Source of the DNA: Oculina patagonica
Taxonomy: Eukaryota
DNA: 64,000 nt
Reading direction: 5' to 3'
NCBI RefSeq assembly: GCF_052425735.1
Contig: NC_135760.1
Location: 26,722,001 to 26,786,000 of the forward strand
Shown: positions 11,902-23,777 of the stretch, in pieces
How positions within the stretch are numbered: the first letter of the stretch is position 1
Layout of the letters: each line of letters starts with the position of its first letter
Position numbers and translations under genes: made by a program
Notes under the pieces: generated by a model
Database searches by the model: none
Told to the model about the DNA's origin: nothing
The model's input: the letters and a program-made list of their open reading frames with translations, nothing else

Positions 11902-14900
11902 TCAAAAACACAGATTAAATGCGTCGTACGATATATCGATACCATCCAATTCACCAAATTTTTTGTATACCTCCCAGTCTGACCATTCGCATAACGGCAC
12001 CAACCAAAACCCGAATAAGAAATGCGTCCAATGTAATTTGCACCTAAAGCGTTGATAAACAGAACTAGCTGTCAACTTCAAAGCAGTAAAGTGAGGGCGT
12101 AACTGCATGCATATTCCGTCCAGTGATGCGTCGTCATCATTTAGGATTCCTTGGTACGTGAATGAGAGGGGTAAACTGACTTTTACGATAGTCCCAGTAC
12201 CTCTCGCTCCAGCTTTAGCAGGCCATACTTCCGCAAATCCTGTGATTGCAGCCACGACCTCTCCGATTGGCTTAATCTAAGAAAAAAGGGACATTTATGA
12301 TTGTCAGCCGGTTTACAATCCAAGATCACTGTAGTTATTACAGCCATTACAGATAATTTGATAACAGCGAAAGCTATAACACTTCTCACAACTCACTTTT
12401 TCCATCAAGCTTTGTATCGTGTTTCATACAGGTTTACTCGTGGAGAGAGTAGCGCTGATGAGACCGTTTCGGCTCAAAACAGACAGGTATTGTTCTTTTT
12501 ACATTTCTTATCCCCGTCGTTTACGTTTTGCAAGTATATAGAACCGATTAGAACTCCAAGTCATTTCTCAAGTGAGCTTGGCTATTATTCACAGCTTACT
12601 TTGGCTAACAATTTGACCTCTAAATCAACCTAAATGAAAGAAATCATTATCCACGGATAACTTAGAGATTGATGCTAATTCTGTAATAACATTATCCTGA
12701 ATAGTCGATCAAACAATCAGTTACTCTTTTGTTCAATCCGTAAGTCAAACAGCTAATCTTTCAGTCAGTTTTTTTTTTTTTTTTTTTTATTGATAATCAA
12801 CACTTTACAAAATTAGAAGATAAGATTTAACCTATACTTATGTGCAATAGATTTTTACTTTACAATTTAGTTTCTCAAGGTTTTTTTTTTTTTTTACACC
12901 GTATACTAAAACATACAAAATTATAGGTACAACAGGAGTATTCTTTACCTACCTAACTTTTTATTTAGACGTTTTCTCAAATGCTTTCCATTTTTTGTTG
13001 AACACGTTAATCTGATTTGTTAATCTTTCAGTCAGTTAATAAGTCAGTCAGTGTCAGTTAGTCAGGCAGACAGTCAGACGGTCAGTCAGTCAGTCAGTTA
13101 GTCAGACAGACAGTCAGACGGTCAGTAAGTTAGTCAGACAGACAGTAAGACGGCCAGTCACTCAGTTAAATAATCAGTCAATTAGTTAATCAGTCAGTCA
13201 GCTAGTCAATTAGTCAGTCAATCAGTCAGTCAGTCAATCAGTCAATCCGTCAATCAGTCATTCAATTAATTTGTCAATTAGTCATTCAATCAGTCAGTCA
13301 GTCAATCCTTAAATCAATCAGTCAGTTAATCTTTCAGTCAGTCAGTCAGTTAATAAGTCAGTCAGTCAGATAGTCAGACGGTCAGTCAATCGGTAAAATA
13401 ATCAGTCAATCAGTTAATCAGTCTGTCAGTTAGTCAATCAGTTAGTCAATCAGCCAGTCAAACAGTCATTCAGTCAGTTAATAAGTCAGTCAGTTAGTCA
13501 GTCGATCAGTCAGTCAGTCAGTCAGTCAATCAGTCAATCAGTCAATCAATCAGTCAGTCATTTAGTAAGTCAGTCAATCGGTCAGTCGGTTAACATCAAA
13601 GTCAGTCAAGCAATCAGTCACTCACACACTCACTCAGTCCCTCAGTCGGGAAGTCAATCGAGTTACCGTAATCAAACAGTGAGTCGGTCAATCAGTTTGT
13701 AAGTGGGTAGGTCAATGAGTTAGTCAATCGGTCAAGTCAGTCATTCGGTAATTCAGTCAGTACATTAATTAATTCATTCGTTCAGTTAGTCAGCTATCCC
13801 CAGTGAGCTGCAGTCAGTCAATTGATCAACAGTATATTTCTTTTTACCTCTATAGCTTGACCGCCATCCTTCTTGGGAAAGTTAAAGTCAATAAAGATTT
13901 TAAACTCCAGCTCGAATTCCACACCAAGAATTACGTCATAGACGAGAGTTTCGCGAGTCTAAGGAAAACAGAAATGGCGAGGTTAGCATAATTTAGCTGC
14001 GCCAATCGAAAGAAAGTGAAACTGTGGGAAAGCCTTTAATCCTGGCTGGGTGGTGAATAAGAGAGAGGTGGGTGGGAGTGAGTAATAGTAATAGTAATAG
14101 TAATAGTAATAGTAATAGTAATAGTAATAGTAATAGTAATAGTAATAGTAATAGTATATCTTTATTGCGCCTTACTCTCCAAAGGGAGGTATTGGTCTGT
14201 TTACAAAGGTTTTGTCATTAACTAATATATTTAAGAAATAACAAAGACTAGATTCTTATACAATTGATAATGTAAATGTAAAATTGAATCAATTATAACG
14301 TTCATTATGTTTGTAAGTTAAGAAGCTCTTTCCTTTTTTTGAAACATAAAAAAAAGTCTGTCTCCGAGCCAAGTGGCCCATACAGCCGGAGCTTATCCCG
14401 GTTTCCGTAGCATTAAGCAACTGAGAGTATTGCTACTCCCCCTGGATGGGATGCTAGTCCATCGCAGGGATTACCCCCTAAAAATGTATATATTTACCTA
14501 CTATTTTTGATGTATTTTTATTGTCAGCTCAAAGTAAGTAAGTGAGTATGAAAGTAACTTAGAAGCCCGGGTAAAAACATTATTCAGTTTAAAGAGTGTG
14601 GCACATATTACAGTTTACTCAGACGAACAAGTGACCCTTATTTTTGGATATTGTGGAAATATAATGAAATTATAATAAGTACTTTATAAATTGTTAATTG
14701 ACTCATAAAAGCGGCACACATCCTTACCCAACGAAAACTCTGATAAGTAACTTTGTCAATCATATGATAGATGCCCGAAGCTATTATTCTTTAAGTATAA
14801 TGTTGAAAAAGCGTTATTTAAAGTATACTTACAAATTTTTTATTCCATGATTCTGTAACTGCATTTTCGGCGTTGGTTCCGGCCTCCCAAGCATAGGTTC

Positions 14901-17900
14901 GGTGTAGGACCTCAACAGCAAAATCCCCGAATTTAATGATTACTTCCACTCCTATTTCCAAGGCCTCCTTAACTCTCGCTTCCACCCAAACTTTGCCTCC
15001 TCCTGATATGTCAATTCCAATCACCTCTTTATGAAACAATTTGATTCTCTTCGTAAATGTTTCTGATATACTTCTTTTATGTCTGGTGATACTTCCATTC
15101 ATTGAGCTTGATGTCGGTGTGGAGTTGTTCTGAGTCAGGTAAGCTGAGTCATTACATGACGGCTTGTGACCTGAATTAAAGGCTTGATCAGCATTCTTAG
15201 CACCTGACACAGTCAGCCTCACAAATGACTGAGTTCTAAGGACTTCGGCCCCCGCAAAGTAAAGGGCATCGGTCTCGATAAGGGTCACGTGACTAAAAAC
15301 GGTTATGTCCATCATGGTGACATCAGAACCACTTTTAGTGCGAATGGGTGTTCCAAAATTCATCTGCTCTGACAAGAAGGCGTGGCTTTCTGTTACCATT
15401 CCATTGCTCTTGTTAATGGACGCTCTGTCGCTGTACGCCATATTCATGTCAATTGCTGACGTAAAGTTGACAAGATCTGAGCGATTAAAACGATTTTTGA
15501 TGAAGACAACGCCCTTGTCTAATGTGTTAGCCTCCCTGTGCATTTTAACAGCTCCCGGGACTCGTGCAGATTTTTCTGGGTTCAACTGTTCCGACTTCTC
15601 TCCGTCTACATCTTCGTAAAGATCCCTTTTCACGGCTGGAAGAAGTTGGTCAAGTATGCGGTACATAAAACGAATGAATTCCTTGTCAGTAGTCCTATTT
15701 CCAAAAAGTTCAAATGATTCTCCGGTCCCATTTTCACTGCGTGGAGTTTGAGAGCTAAGGGGAACAAATTAAATTAGAGTCGAAAATGTTCATGAAGACT
15801 ACCATTAACCTGGCAGATTATTTGCATTGTAAATGTGCGTGAGTTTTTGCGTCTCAAAAGTTTCTTAGTCGAGAAAGTGACGTGCACAGACTTTAAAATA
15901 TACTGCAGAAATAATTGAATTGAACTAATGGTTACAATATGTTTTTTCCAAGTTAGCACTAATGTGGTTCTAGCATCGCCGTAAAGCGCAATCTACAAGA
16001 TGAAAGAAAACATTCGTAAACTTCCATCATTCCTTTATCAGTTTAGGTCTCTGTAAAACTGATTTGAACTCAATGGCATCCAAAACATTATTATTTAATT
16101 GTCAGAGTCTTAAGTACTGCTATGCAAACAAACAAACAAATGTTATAAATATGATTTTTTTAAGACTCGATTCCAAGTCAGTAGAGCTTTTTAATAATTG
16201 GCCCGATTTATACTAGAGACGGATGATCCGTCTGGACGAACTTGCATTTTAATTAGGCGAGCATTTTTTAGTTCGTGCGATAATTCGTCTGTGTATAAAT
16301 ACGGGCAAACAGACGGATTATCGGTCCAGACGAGCTATCTTCATAATTCGTCTGCCAAGACGAATTATGAAGAAGAACTAAAAAATGCTCGCCTAATTAA
16401 AAATGCAAGTTTGTCCAGACGGATCATCCGTCTCTAGTATAAATCGGGCCATTCTAAATCGTTCGAAACTGATGTGGGGCTGAAATTAGGAAAGAATCAA
16501 ATCAACTGAATTGATCGAAGAAAAAATCAAAGTACAAGTTACTAAGACAAAAAGACCCCCAAGGATTTAAAATAAAGAAATAAAACTTAAGGTACGTTAT
16601 GATTGGGGAAACAAGGTTAAACTTTTACCTTGAAACAACTTCTAGTCGCACAAGAAAGTAGTCCATTATCATTGTTTTCACTCCTGGTATATCCACATTA
16701 CCAGCCACATAAGAAAGATTGACTTTCATCAGAAACCAATATTCGTCTGCAGTTTTGTTAAGAACTCGGATTCCTACCACTGCATGGATTGTACCTGAAA
16801 TTTCCAAAATTTTTATTCAGAACTAATTCTTGGAGTTTGATCCAAGATAAAGGAGCGATTGTTCGCTAGGAACATCTAAAACTGGTTCGTAGAATTTTTT
16901 TAACTTTGCAAAAAGTTTTATATTCTTGGTTTTTCATGTTACGTCATAAAATTCTGAAATCAAAATTCACTAGGCCTGCTCAATTTTCGTTGTCATTAGG
17001 CGAAAGATAAACTAAAAATATATGTTTTTGCAAATTTCCAAATCGATAGTGTCATTCGTTTTTTAAAACAGAGCACTTTGAATATTGAGTTCTCCGTCGT
17101 ATGTGACTCAAGCTGAGTGCCGTGACATACCGTATTTATTCGATTAAGCGCCCAACCTCGAATAAGCGCCCATCTCGAATAAGCGCCCACCCTGAAGGTA
17201 GGAAAAGTTAATAAGCGCCCAGCCTCGAATAAGCGCCCACCCCCACCCCACAAAAAAGGCTAAGTGCAGAAGAGGAGTTAAAATTGACTAAGTACTACTA
17301 AGAGACTTGCCCAAAGACCGATTTTGTTTTTAGTATTTTACAGAAACTTTTATGGAACAGTTAAAATTCTGCTTTGGTACATCTTCACGTTTTGTTATTA
17401 CTTATTGTTTTGTTAAAAAATCAACTTACTATTTGCTGAAAATGGTGAAAATTTAATAAGCGCCCAGCCTCGAATAAGCGCCCACCTCTCAAGGTCCAAA
17501 AATTTAATAAGCGCCCAGGGCGCTTAATCGAATAAATGCGGTAGCTGTTTTGTTTGAAAAAAGGCCTTTACTTTCCATTTTGTGCAGATTGAACATTTCA
17601 GATATAATAAGTGGTGTTTATGTGAAAGTGTACTAGCTCTTAAGCCAAGGATAGCCGCTGTTGTAAACAGAACTGAGTTCCAGATGGTTTCTCTGACATC
17701 ACGGCGGCCATTACTGTGTCCCTCGGAAGGACACAGTTATGGCGTCTCCATACTAAAACTTTATAAATTTGCGTGGAAAGGTTCGGCAAATAACTCGCGA
17801 ACGGTACACCGTACAGACCCGAAACTTGGAGAAATTGTTTATCTATTTATCATCTATAATATTTGAAATTCATAGCTTCTGTAGTTGAATGGTTTCGAAT

Positions 17901-18668
17901 TTATTTTTTGATTGCGTGACAGTGAAAACCAGCAATAAAATTTTCAATAATATAAAATGGGGGTCATCGAGCTCGTTTTTGAGTTATAAGCACTAAAAGC
18001 CAAGATTAAGGGTGTTTTAGCAAGCCATACTGTTGCTATGGTAACAAGTGAGGTCAATAAAATAGCCAAAACGTATTCACCAATCATTAGGAAGGCTATA
18101 TTTTACATTGCTGCTTGTTAAAGAGTAGTTTTCTGAGTTTTCTACAATATAACAATTCAGTTTTCGTAAACAAAAAATCCCTGCATGACTGCACGGTAAG
18201 AATGTAAACAAAGACAACAAAGCGTGGCATGCACAATGAAAGTGAAAGGTAACGAGAAAGCATTTTGTACGTATTAACAATGAACTGCAAAGGAGTGTGC
18301 AGAATATATCTCAAAACTTGTTGTACGCTTAAAATGCGTTATCAAGAGTTCAAATTGAAATCAAAGCACTAAGTAACTTGAAAAAATAAGATACCTTTCT
18401 GTGTATCGCCCCCTTGTATCTGTATATCTTGATCCACTCGATACGTCAATGTTTCACCCTCTTCCAGATTGACTTCTGCCAAACGATTTGAAGAAGCTTT
18501 GCGGCTCAACGTGAAATACACAGCCACAGAAACCACTGCACCCAGTAACAGAATCACAGTTAAGACACCGATAATAGCGATTTTAACATTACGAGAAGAC
18601 CGCTTCGCATCTGAAGCTTTGGTATCGCTAAACTCCACCTCGGGTTCGGGTTTCATGTTGTCAGCCAT
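11902..18668 (-). CDS. Uncharacterised type II membrane proprotein, paralog 2 (exons 18668-18395, 16794-16629, 15754-14833, 13958-13848, 12276-11902; ~615 aa)
   Basis: GT-AG junctions with phases 1,2,0,0 as in paralog 1. TM IAIIGVLTVILLLGAVVSVAVYF; RLAEVNLEEGETLTYRVDQ, RVLNKTADEYWFLMK, DQLLPAVKRDLYEDVDG, INKSNGMVTESHAFLSEQMNFG; furin site RHKR. Confidence 0.9.
12771..13020 (-). mobile_element. 5'-truncated non-LTR retrotransposon 3' end (L1/Tx1-like) with poly(A) tail and 17-bp TSD
   Basis: Poly-T at 12769-12788; TSD taatctttcagtcagtt at 12754-12770 and 13021-13037; minus strand ends INVFNKKWKAFEKTSK*, resembling L1/Tx1 ORF2 C-termini. Confidence 0.7.
13028..13825. repeat. Degenerate (TCAG)n/(TCAA)n microsatellite array in paralog 2 intron 4
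   Basis: About 800 bp of cagt/caat/tagt tetramers. Confidence 0.95.
14081..14155. repeat. (AGTAAT)n hexamer repeat, probably the tandem-repeat tail of a minus-strand LINE 3' end
   Basis: Perfect agtaat units; on the minus strand they follow aataaagatat. Confidence 0.85.
16200..16450. mobile_element. Palindromic MITE (PIF/Harbinger-like) with 3-bp TSD
   Basis: ggcccgatttatactagagacggatgatccgtctggac / gtccagacggatcatccgtctctagtataaatcgggcc; flanks att/att. Confidence 0.85.
17130..17541. mobile_element. Tc1/mariner-pogo-type MITE (TA TSD) with aataagcgccc subterminal repeats
   Basis: ta|ccgtatttattcgattaagcgccc ... gggcgcttaatcgaataaatgcgg|ta. Confidence 0.85.
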
Positions 18669-18740
18669 GGCGCAGCTCGAAAACGTCTCTTTTCTTCTTA
18701 ATCCTCCGGCAGATGAAGTTAGTGGAGTCAGAGAGGCTCT

Positions 18741-18815
18741 TTAAATAGGATTTGTTCCACCAAAGGAATTGCCTCCAGGCTAATTATTTCCAAAGAAAAC
18801 CCACACCCTTTTACA
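18741..18815 (-). promoter_or_regulatory. Putative proximal promoter of paralog 2
   Basis: Minus-strand TATTTAA ~75 bp upstream of the ATG; the block aligns by eye with 42833-42900 upstream of paralog 3. Confidence 0.5.
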
Positions 18816-20051
18816 AAATCCCGCGATCTAAGGACTTCTTTCCGGCAATTTTGATGGTGAAACAAATAGCTAGTGAAAATTGGGTAAAAATAAAAAACAA
18901 AGTACTTGTTCCACTACGAAAATTGCCGGCTTCTTCTAAAGTGCGATATAGGTACTACATTGGACTTTGTATCAACGTTATCTAAGCATTAGAATCTGTT
19001 TTCCGGTACGTCATTAGCCTTCACAAAGCAACGCACACTTGGCATGGCCGCCAAATGGTTTGCTTCTTGTTCCTGTTTACCAAATAGAAAGAAATTGACT
19101 TTATGTTTGTCATGTCCACTTACTGATACTGATCAAACGGTTGCAAGTTTTGTGACTCATTGTTAGCCCGAAGTCGGTAATTTTCTTCAGCGACAATCAA
19201 CTGTGAAAGCCCCGTACTTTCAACTGTAAGACTTTTTAATTCTATCCGGCCAACAAAATTATGAAGTAAAGGTTAGCCCGAGAATAAAGATGTGTCTTAA
19301 AGCTCCAGCGCACAGAACTGATGTAGTCTAATAAATCAGTATACATGATATATGTATATACAATTCTGCCGCCAGAACAAGTTCGGGTTGTATGCTTGAC
19401 TAAGGATGTGTGAAAATTCAAGATAAATGAAATGCATCAAGGACCTAAATTCAATGCTACTTTATTCATTGTCCGTTAAATCTTCCTGTTTACGTCGTCC
19501 CTAAAGCTTGTTTGATCAAACAATTTACCTCAAAAATACAGTATAAAGTTCAGTATTGGGACAAGCCGAAAATGTAATTTTTTTGCATCATAAGCATGCG
19601 CACAGAACGTTATATCTATTACAATTAAATATGGGCTTCTTGCATTAATGACAGAATTATAGTCGTCGACCAAATGGCTAATCTCGAGAATCTTTTTTCA
19701 GTTATTTCTACAGTTGGCCGTGCAGACCAGGCGTATCTATTTCGGTCTTTTAGTTATACTTGTCACTGACAAGAGTTACATGATTGACTCATGTAAAATA
19801 CGAAGCTGTAGCTTAAAAGCCAAATGGATGGTACAAGGAGGCACTCCAAATAGGAAAAATGCATTGAAAGGCTATTACAGAACTCGCTGTTAAACTTAAG
19901 TTAACGGAGCTGGTTCTAGTGTATTTGCCTGCCGAATTACGAAAATTAAGGTAGTAAGTAAGAATTTTGATTATATTCGCTTATATGCTCCAAGTACCAC
20001 TTGAGTGACCAAGGTCACGCGATACAGCGTGCTCTTAGCCGTCTCGTGTTA

Positions 20052-20095
20052 TGCCCCTGATGAAGGTTGGTTTTGTTCAATCGAAATATTGGGCA
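20052..20095 (+). ncRNA. Minimal type I hammerhead ribozyme motif (Penelope-type pLTR remnant)
   Basis: tgccc-CTGATGA-a-ggttgg..tcaatc-GAAA-tatt-gggca: stem I tgccc/gggca, stem II ggttgg/tcaatc (with G-U pairs), palindromic aatatt stem III. Confidence 0.65.
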
Positions 20096-20769
20096 AGAAT
20101 AAATTTATAACATCAGTTCCTAGCTGTTTGATCAGCCCTGTATTTCAAGTTTGTTTATTAAGTCTACTGCTGATCCTGATCTACACCAAGATCTGGCTAC
20201 AATTTGCTCCTGTTTGTCATATAGTTACAGAAGACACCTGTTTATTGTTCCTGATTAATAAACAGTTACTAATTACATCTTCCTGTTGCCGCACTAGCCT
20301 AAGTGCCATTCTTCAATAACTTCCCGTTATTAGTTTTCGTCGTAGAAGACCTAACATTAATATGGCTTGAAATGAGCCCCCTTCTCTGATAAGCCTAGCT
20401 TACGTAGCAGGCGCCTGTGAACTTTTTGGGCGCACATCTGCAAAATGCAAGAGGCGCGAGACGGCCACGCGAGGGAAATAAGAAAGAAGGGCGTTTTTCT
20501 TTTCCCCTCGCGTGGCCGTCTCACCATCTCGCGCCTTTCGCATTTTCCAAAAACTAAGCAGGCTATGTGCTTTTGATGTCAGTGTTTGGTTCAAACCTCC
20601 CGATTTTGACGAAATTTTCAAACCAAAATGGTCTTGTAAAGATATACTTATTGAAAGCATTAAATTGTGACCCCCCCCCCCCCCCACCCCATCCTCATCC
20701 ATACATGATATGGTTTACCACCCCTTGAAGTTTTAAAACTTTTTCCTACAATACTTTAAAGGTCTCTAA

Positions 20770-22430
20770 TAACACGGAGCGCTGTAAACTAAGGTATAGT
20801 TTAGACTTCAAGAAAATTAAACAGTCTTTTGCTCCTATTTCGATTAATAGTTTAGATCTAGATTTGGTCAAGAGTGTTAAGATATTAGGTGTCACCATCA
20901 CCGATACGTTACAGTGGAATAACCACGTTACGAAAATCATAAAGAAGGCAAACAAAAGATTATATTTCATCAAATTACTAAAAAGAGCTTGTGTCTCAAA
21001 AAAGGTCATTCTTAACTTCTATTGTACCTGCATAACTACAGCTCAAGAGTATTGCGCGCCGGCTTTAAGCTGCTTTTCACCATAGCCTTCCCGCCAACCT
21101 AAGCAAAGCAACCATATAGAACGTGTACAGAAACGCGCCCTATTTATTATCGACCCACACGCATCATATCAGGATAACCTATCATGTTCTAATCTAATTA
21201 TGATAGGTAGATAGTAGCCATCAATTACACAAGTTCTTGCCACAGGAAATGTAAATACGTATAACCAGGTGCGATTATGGCTCCTTGTATAACTTAAGAA
21301 GTCAATGTCATTTTCAAGCATATAAGTCGGGGTGGAAGAGGAATTATTGTAACTGACTTATTCATTATTCCTTCACATTTTTTACGACTTATTCATTATT
21401 CATTTTTAGATTTTCATTGTTATTCATTATTCCACATTGCCTAAATTAAGTGACAGTTCATTTTTTATGGGGTGGGGAGGGGACCCTCCCTGGTCATCAC
21501 ATATTTTCACCCTGCCCCCACCTCCCTAGGTAATCTTATTTTGTTTTATTTGATCCCTCCCCCCCCCCCAAAAAAAAAGCAAATAATGAGGAGTAAAACT
21601 TATCAAGTTAAATTTAGAATATCAGACAAAATTGCAGTTTAAGTGATAACCCAACTACTGCTAGTGTATTAATTAACTAGCTATTTGATGTTTGTTACTG
21701 TGTGTTAGCTTTGTTTGTAACCAAACAGTTGGTGGGATCCACTTGATGCTGCTCGGTACATAAAAAATCGGGGGTTCCAGGGGCATGCTTCCCCGGGAAA
21801 ATTTTTATTTTTAGAACCCCAGAAACCGGCGCTATTTTAGGCATCCTGGTAGAAGTTTTGCACTATTATAGATGCCATCATACAACACTTAAACGTAATA
21901 ACTTTGAGTGTCCCCTCCAAAACGCATGCTCATCACATGCTCTTCCCCTTGAAGCCATATTTTTTGGCCTAGCCCCTTTAAATCCCCCCATCCCACCCCA
22001 TAAAAAATAATCGTTCCCTAAAGTATGGGTGCATGCATCATAAAATAATGCAAACATATCAGATTCACTCAGATTCGACCCAGATCTACACTTTTCAGAT
22101 CAGATAAGAAGATGATGTTTGAGCACGTTGAATAACCGCTTCCCTATCCGCGATATTCATTATTCCTTTACTGAAAATGACTTATTCATTATTCCAAGCA
22201 ATGAAACCTTAAATATTCCTTATTCGTTTTCTGTTTTAGCCCGTTATTCATTATATAAGGCTCGAACCAACCGTTTTAAACATAGCTTTTTTCCCTCTAT
22301 GGCAAATTTTTATTATAGTTATAATAGATTTTAATAGTTGTATCATATATGTTTTTTTACATAATCTATCTTTTTGTATTTCAGTTTGAGATTGTTATGT
22401 AGAAATATCAAATAAACTATCTATCTATAT
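20770..22430 (+). mobile_element. Degraded LINE (CR1/L2-like) RT C-terminal remnant, split by later insertions (including a MITE at ~21450-22020)
   Basis: VKILGVTITDTLQWNNHVTKIIKKANKRLYFIKLLKR...EYC, IERVQKRA in a shifted frame, then ARTNRFKHSFFP and an aataaa + (ctat)n tail. Confidence 0.8.
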
Positions 22431-22696
22431 TGAAAGATTTTTTGTTTTGTTCCTTCTTTTTAAACCATCGTTTGAAAAGATATATCATCCATGACATCCG
22501 TGGGTATCGGGAGTCTGTTAATTAAACTGGAAAAAAAGCCCCGGTAACACATCCATCCACTGAATAGCCAAATACGTCTTTCTGCCAACTATAGAGTTAT
22601 GATGTGACAATAGCGAAACATCTTATGACAAATTTATACCACTAACATTTAGCAGTCATGTAATGAATACAAAACAGCACTGCAGTTAACCTACTG

Positions 22697-22786
22697 TAGC
22701 ACTCCGGTTAGCCCAAGTAGCGTTCCGGGTTAGCCTAACTATCATTCCGGTTAGCATAGATAGCTCTCCGGTTAGCCTGCTTTGGC
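22697..22786. repeat. Four ~21-22 bp imperfect tandem repeats (tagc..tccggttagc)
   Basis: tagcactccggttagc, tagcgttccgggttagc, tatcattccggttagc, tagctctccggttagc. Confidence 0.75.
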
Positions 22787-23777
22787 ATGGGTTGCTTGCG
22801 GCTAGCTTTTATAATAGGGTTAGGTTTCTATCCAAAACAAAATGAGGATTCTGGCAAATGGCTTAGTGGATAGTGTTCCCGCTTGGCATGCTGTTGACCT
22901 GGGTTCGAAATCCTCTTCGTCTCAACGTTTTTTAATTTGCATTGATGCGCGACTTCAGAAATCAAAACACCCGCGAAAACGTTTCCAAGATTTCCGTCAA
23001 TAAAAATTTTGAAGGGTTTTCCGACAACGTTTCTCGCGGGCGATCACGAAAGTGAAATGGCGATAAATAAATTTTATTCCGTAGCCAAAACTCCTTAAAA
23101 TGTTTTTTTAAAGTGCAGGTTAAACCATTTTGTGCCAAAAAGGGTTTTGCTAGACCGTCAGAATAAACACCATAAAAATAAAAGGTACAGAACTTTTATG
23201 TCCAGCGAACCGTGAACGTTTCGCAACATTCCGTCTTGCCACTGTCGGCTTTGTAAAAAATAATTTTTTTTCGTTTAGTTTAATTCGGTTTCCAACGCAA
23301 AAGCCTTGAAATTGAAGCTTAAGTCTCGAAACAATCGTACCAAGTTTCTGTGAGCTTCTGTAGTCTTCTTTTTGACATTTCAAACTTTGATGACGGAAGC
23401 CTCGGCTTGGAAACGTTTCCGCGGGCGGATGTTTTGATTCCTGAGTCCCGAATCAATGCAAACGGTGGAAACGTTTTTGATTTTTTTTTCCCGCAATTTT
23501 TTCTTTATGCGTTCCGGGTTTCAGTATTCCGGCGTTCCGGCATTCCAGCGTTCCTTCGTTCCCGCTTTTAGCACAAACCCAGTTCAGCCAATCACAACAC
23601 TTCGTTCATGGCGGGAACATTTGGCGGTACACTTTGTGACCCCTTTGTCGGCGATTCGTCTGAGTGCTAGTGATAAAAGCGATTTGTTTACAGTTATTTC
23701 ATGTGCTTCGCGTCTTTTTGCCAGTTTGAAAACCACTTGCTTCCCGACCAGATTGGTGATCGATTTTCGTCTGCGAC

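Noticed and set aside
22697-22786. Regularly spaced repeats resembling a CRISPR array (also 35115-35188)
   Set aside because: Eukaryotic context, no cas genes, and the spacers are only a few bases or are themselves repeated.
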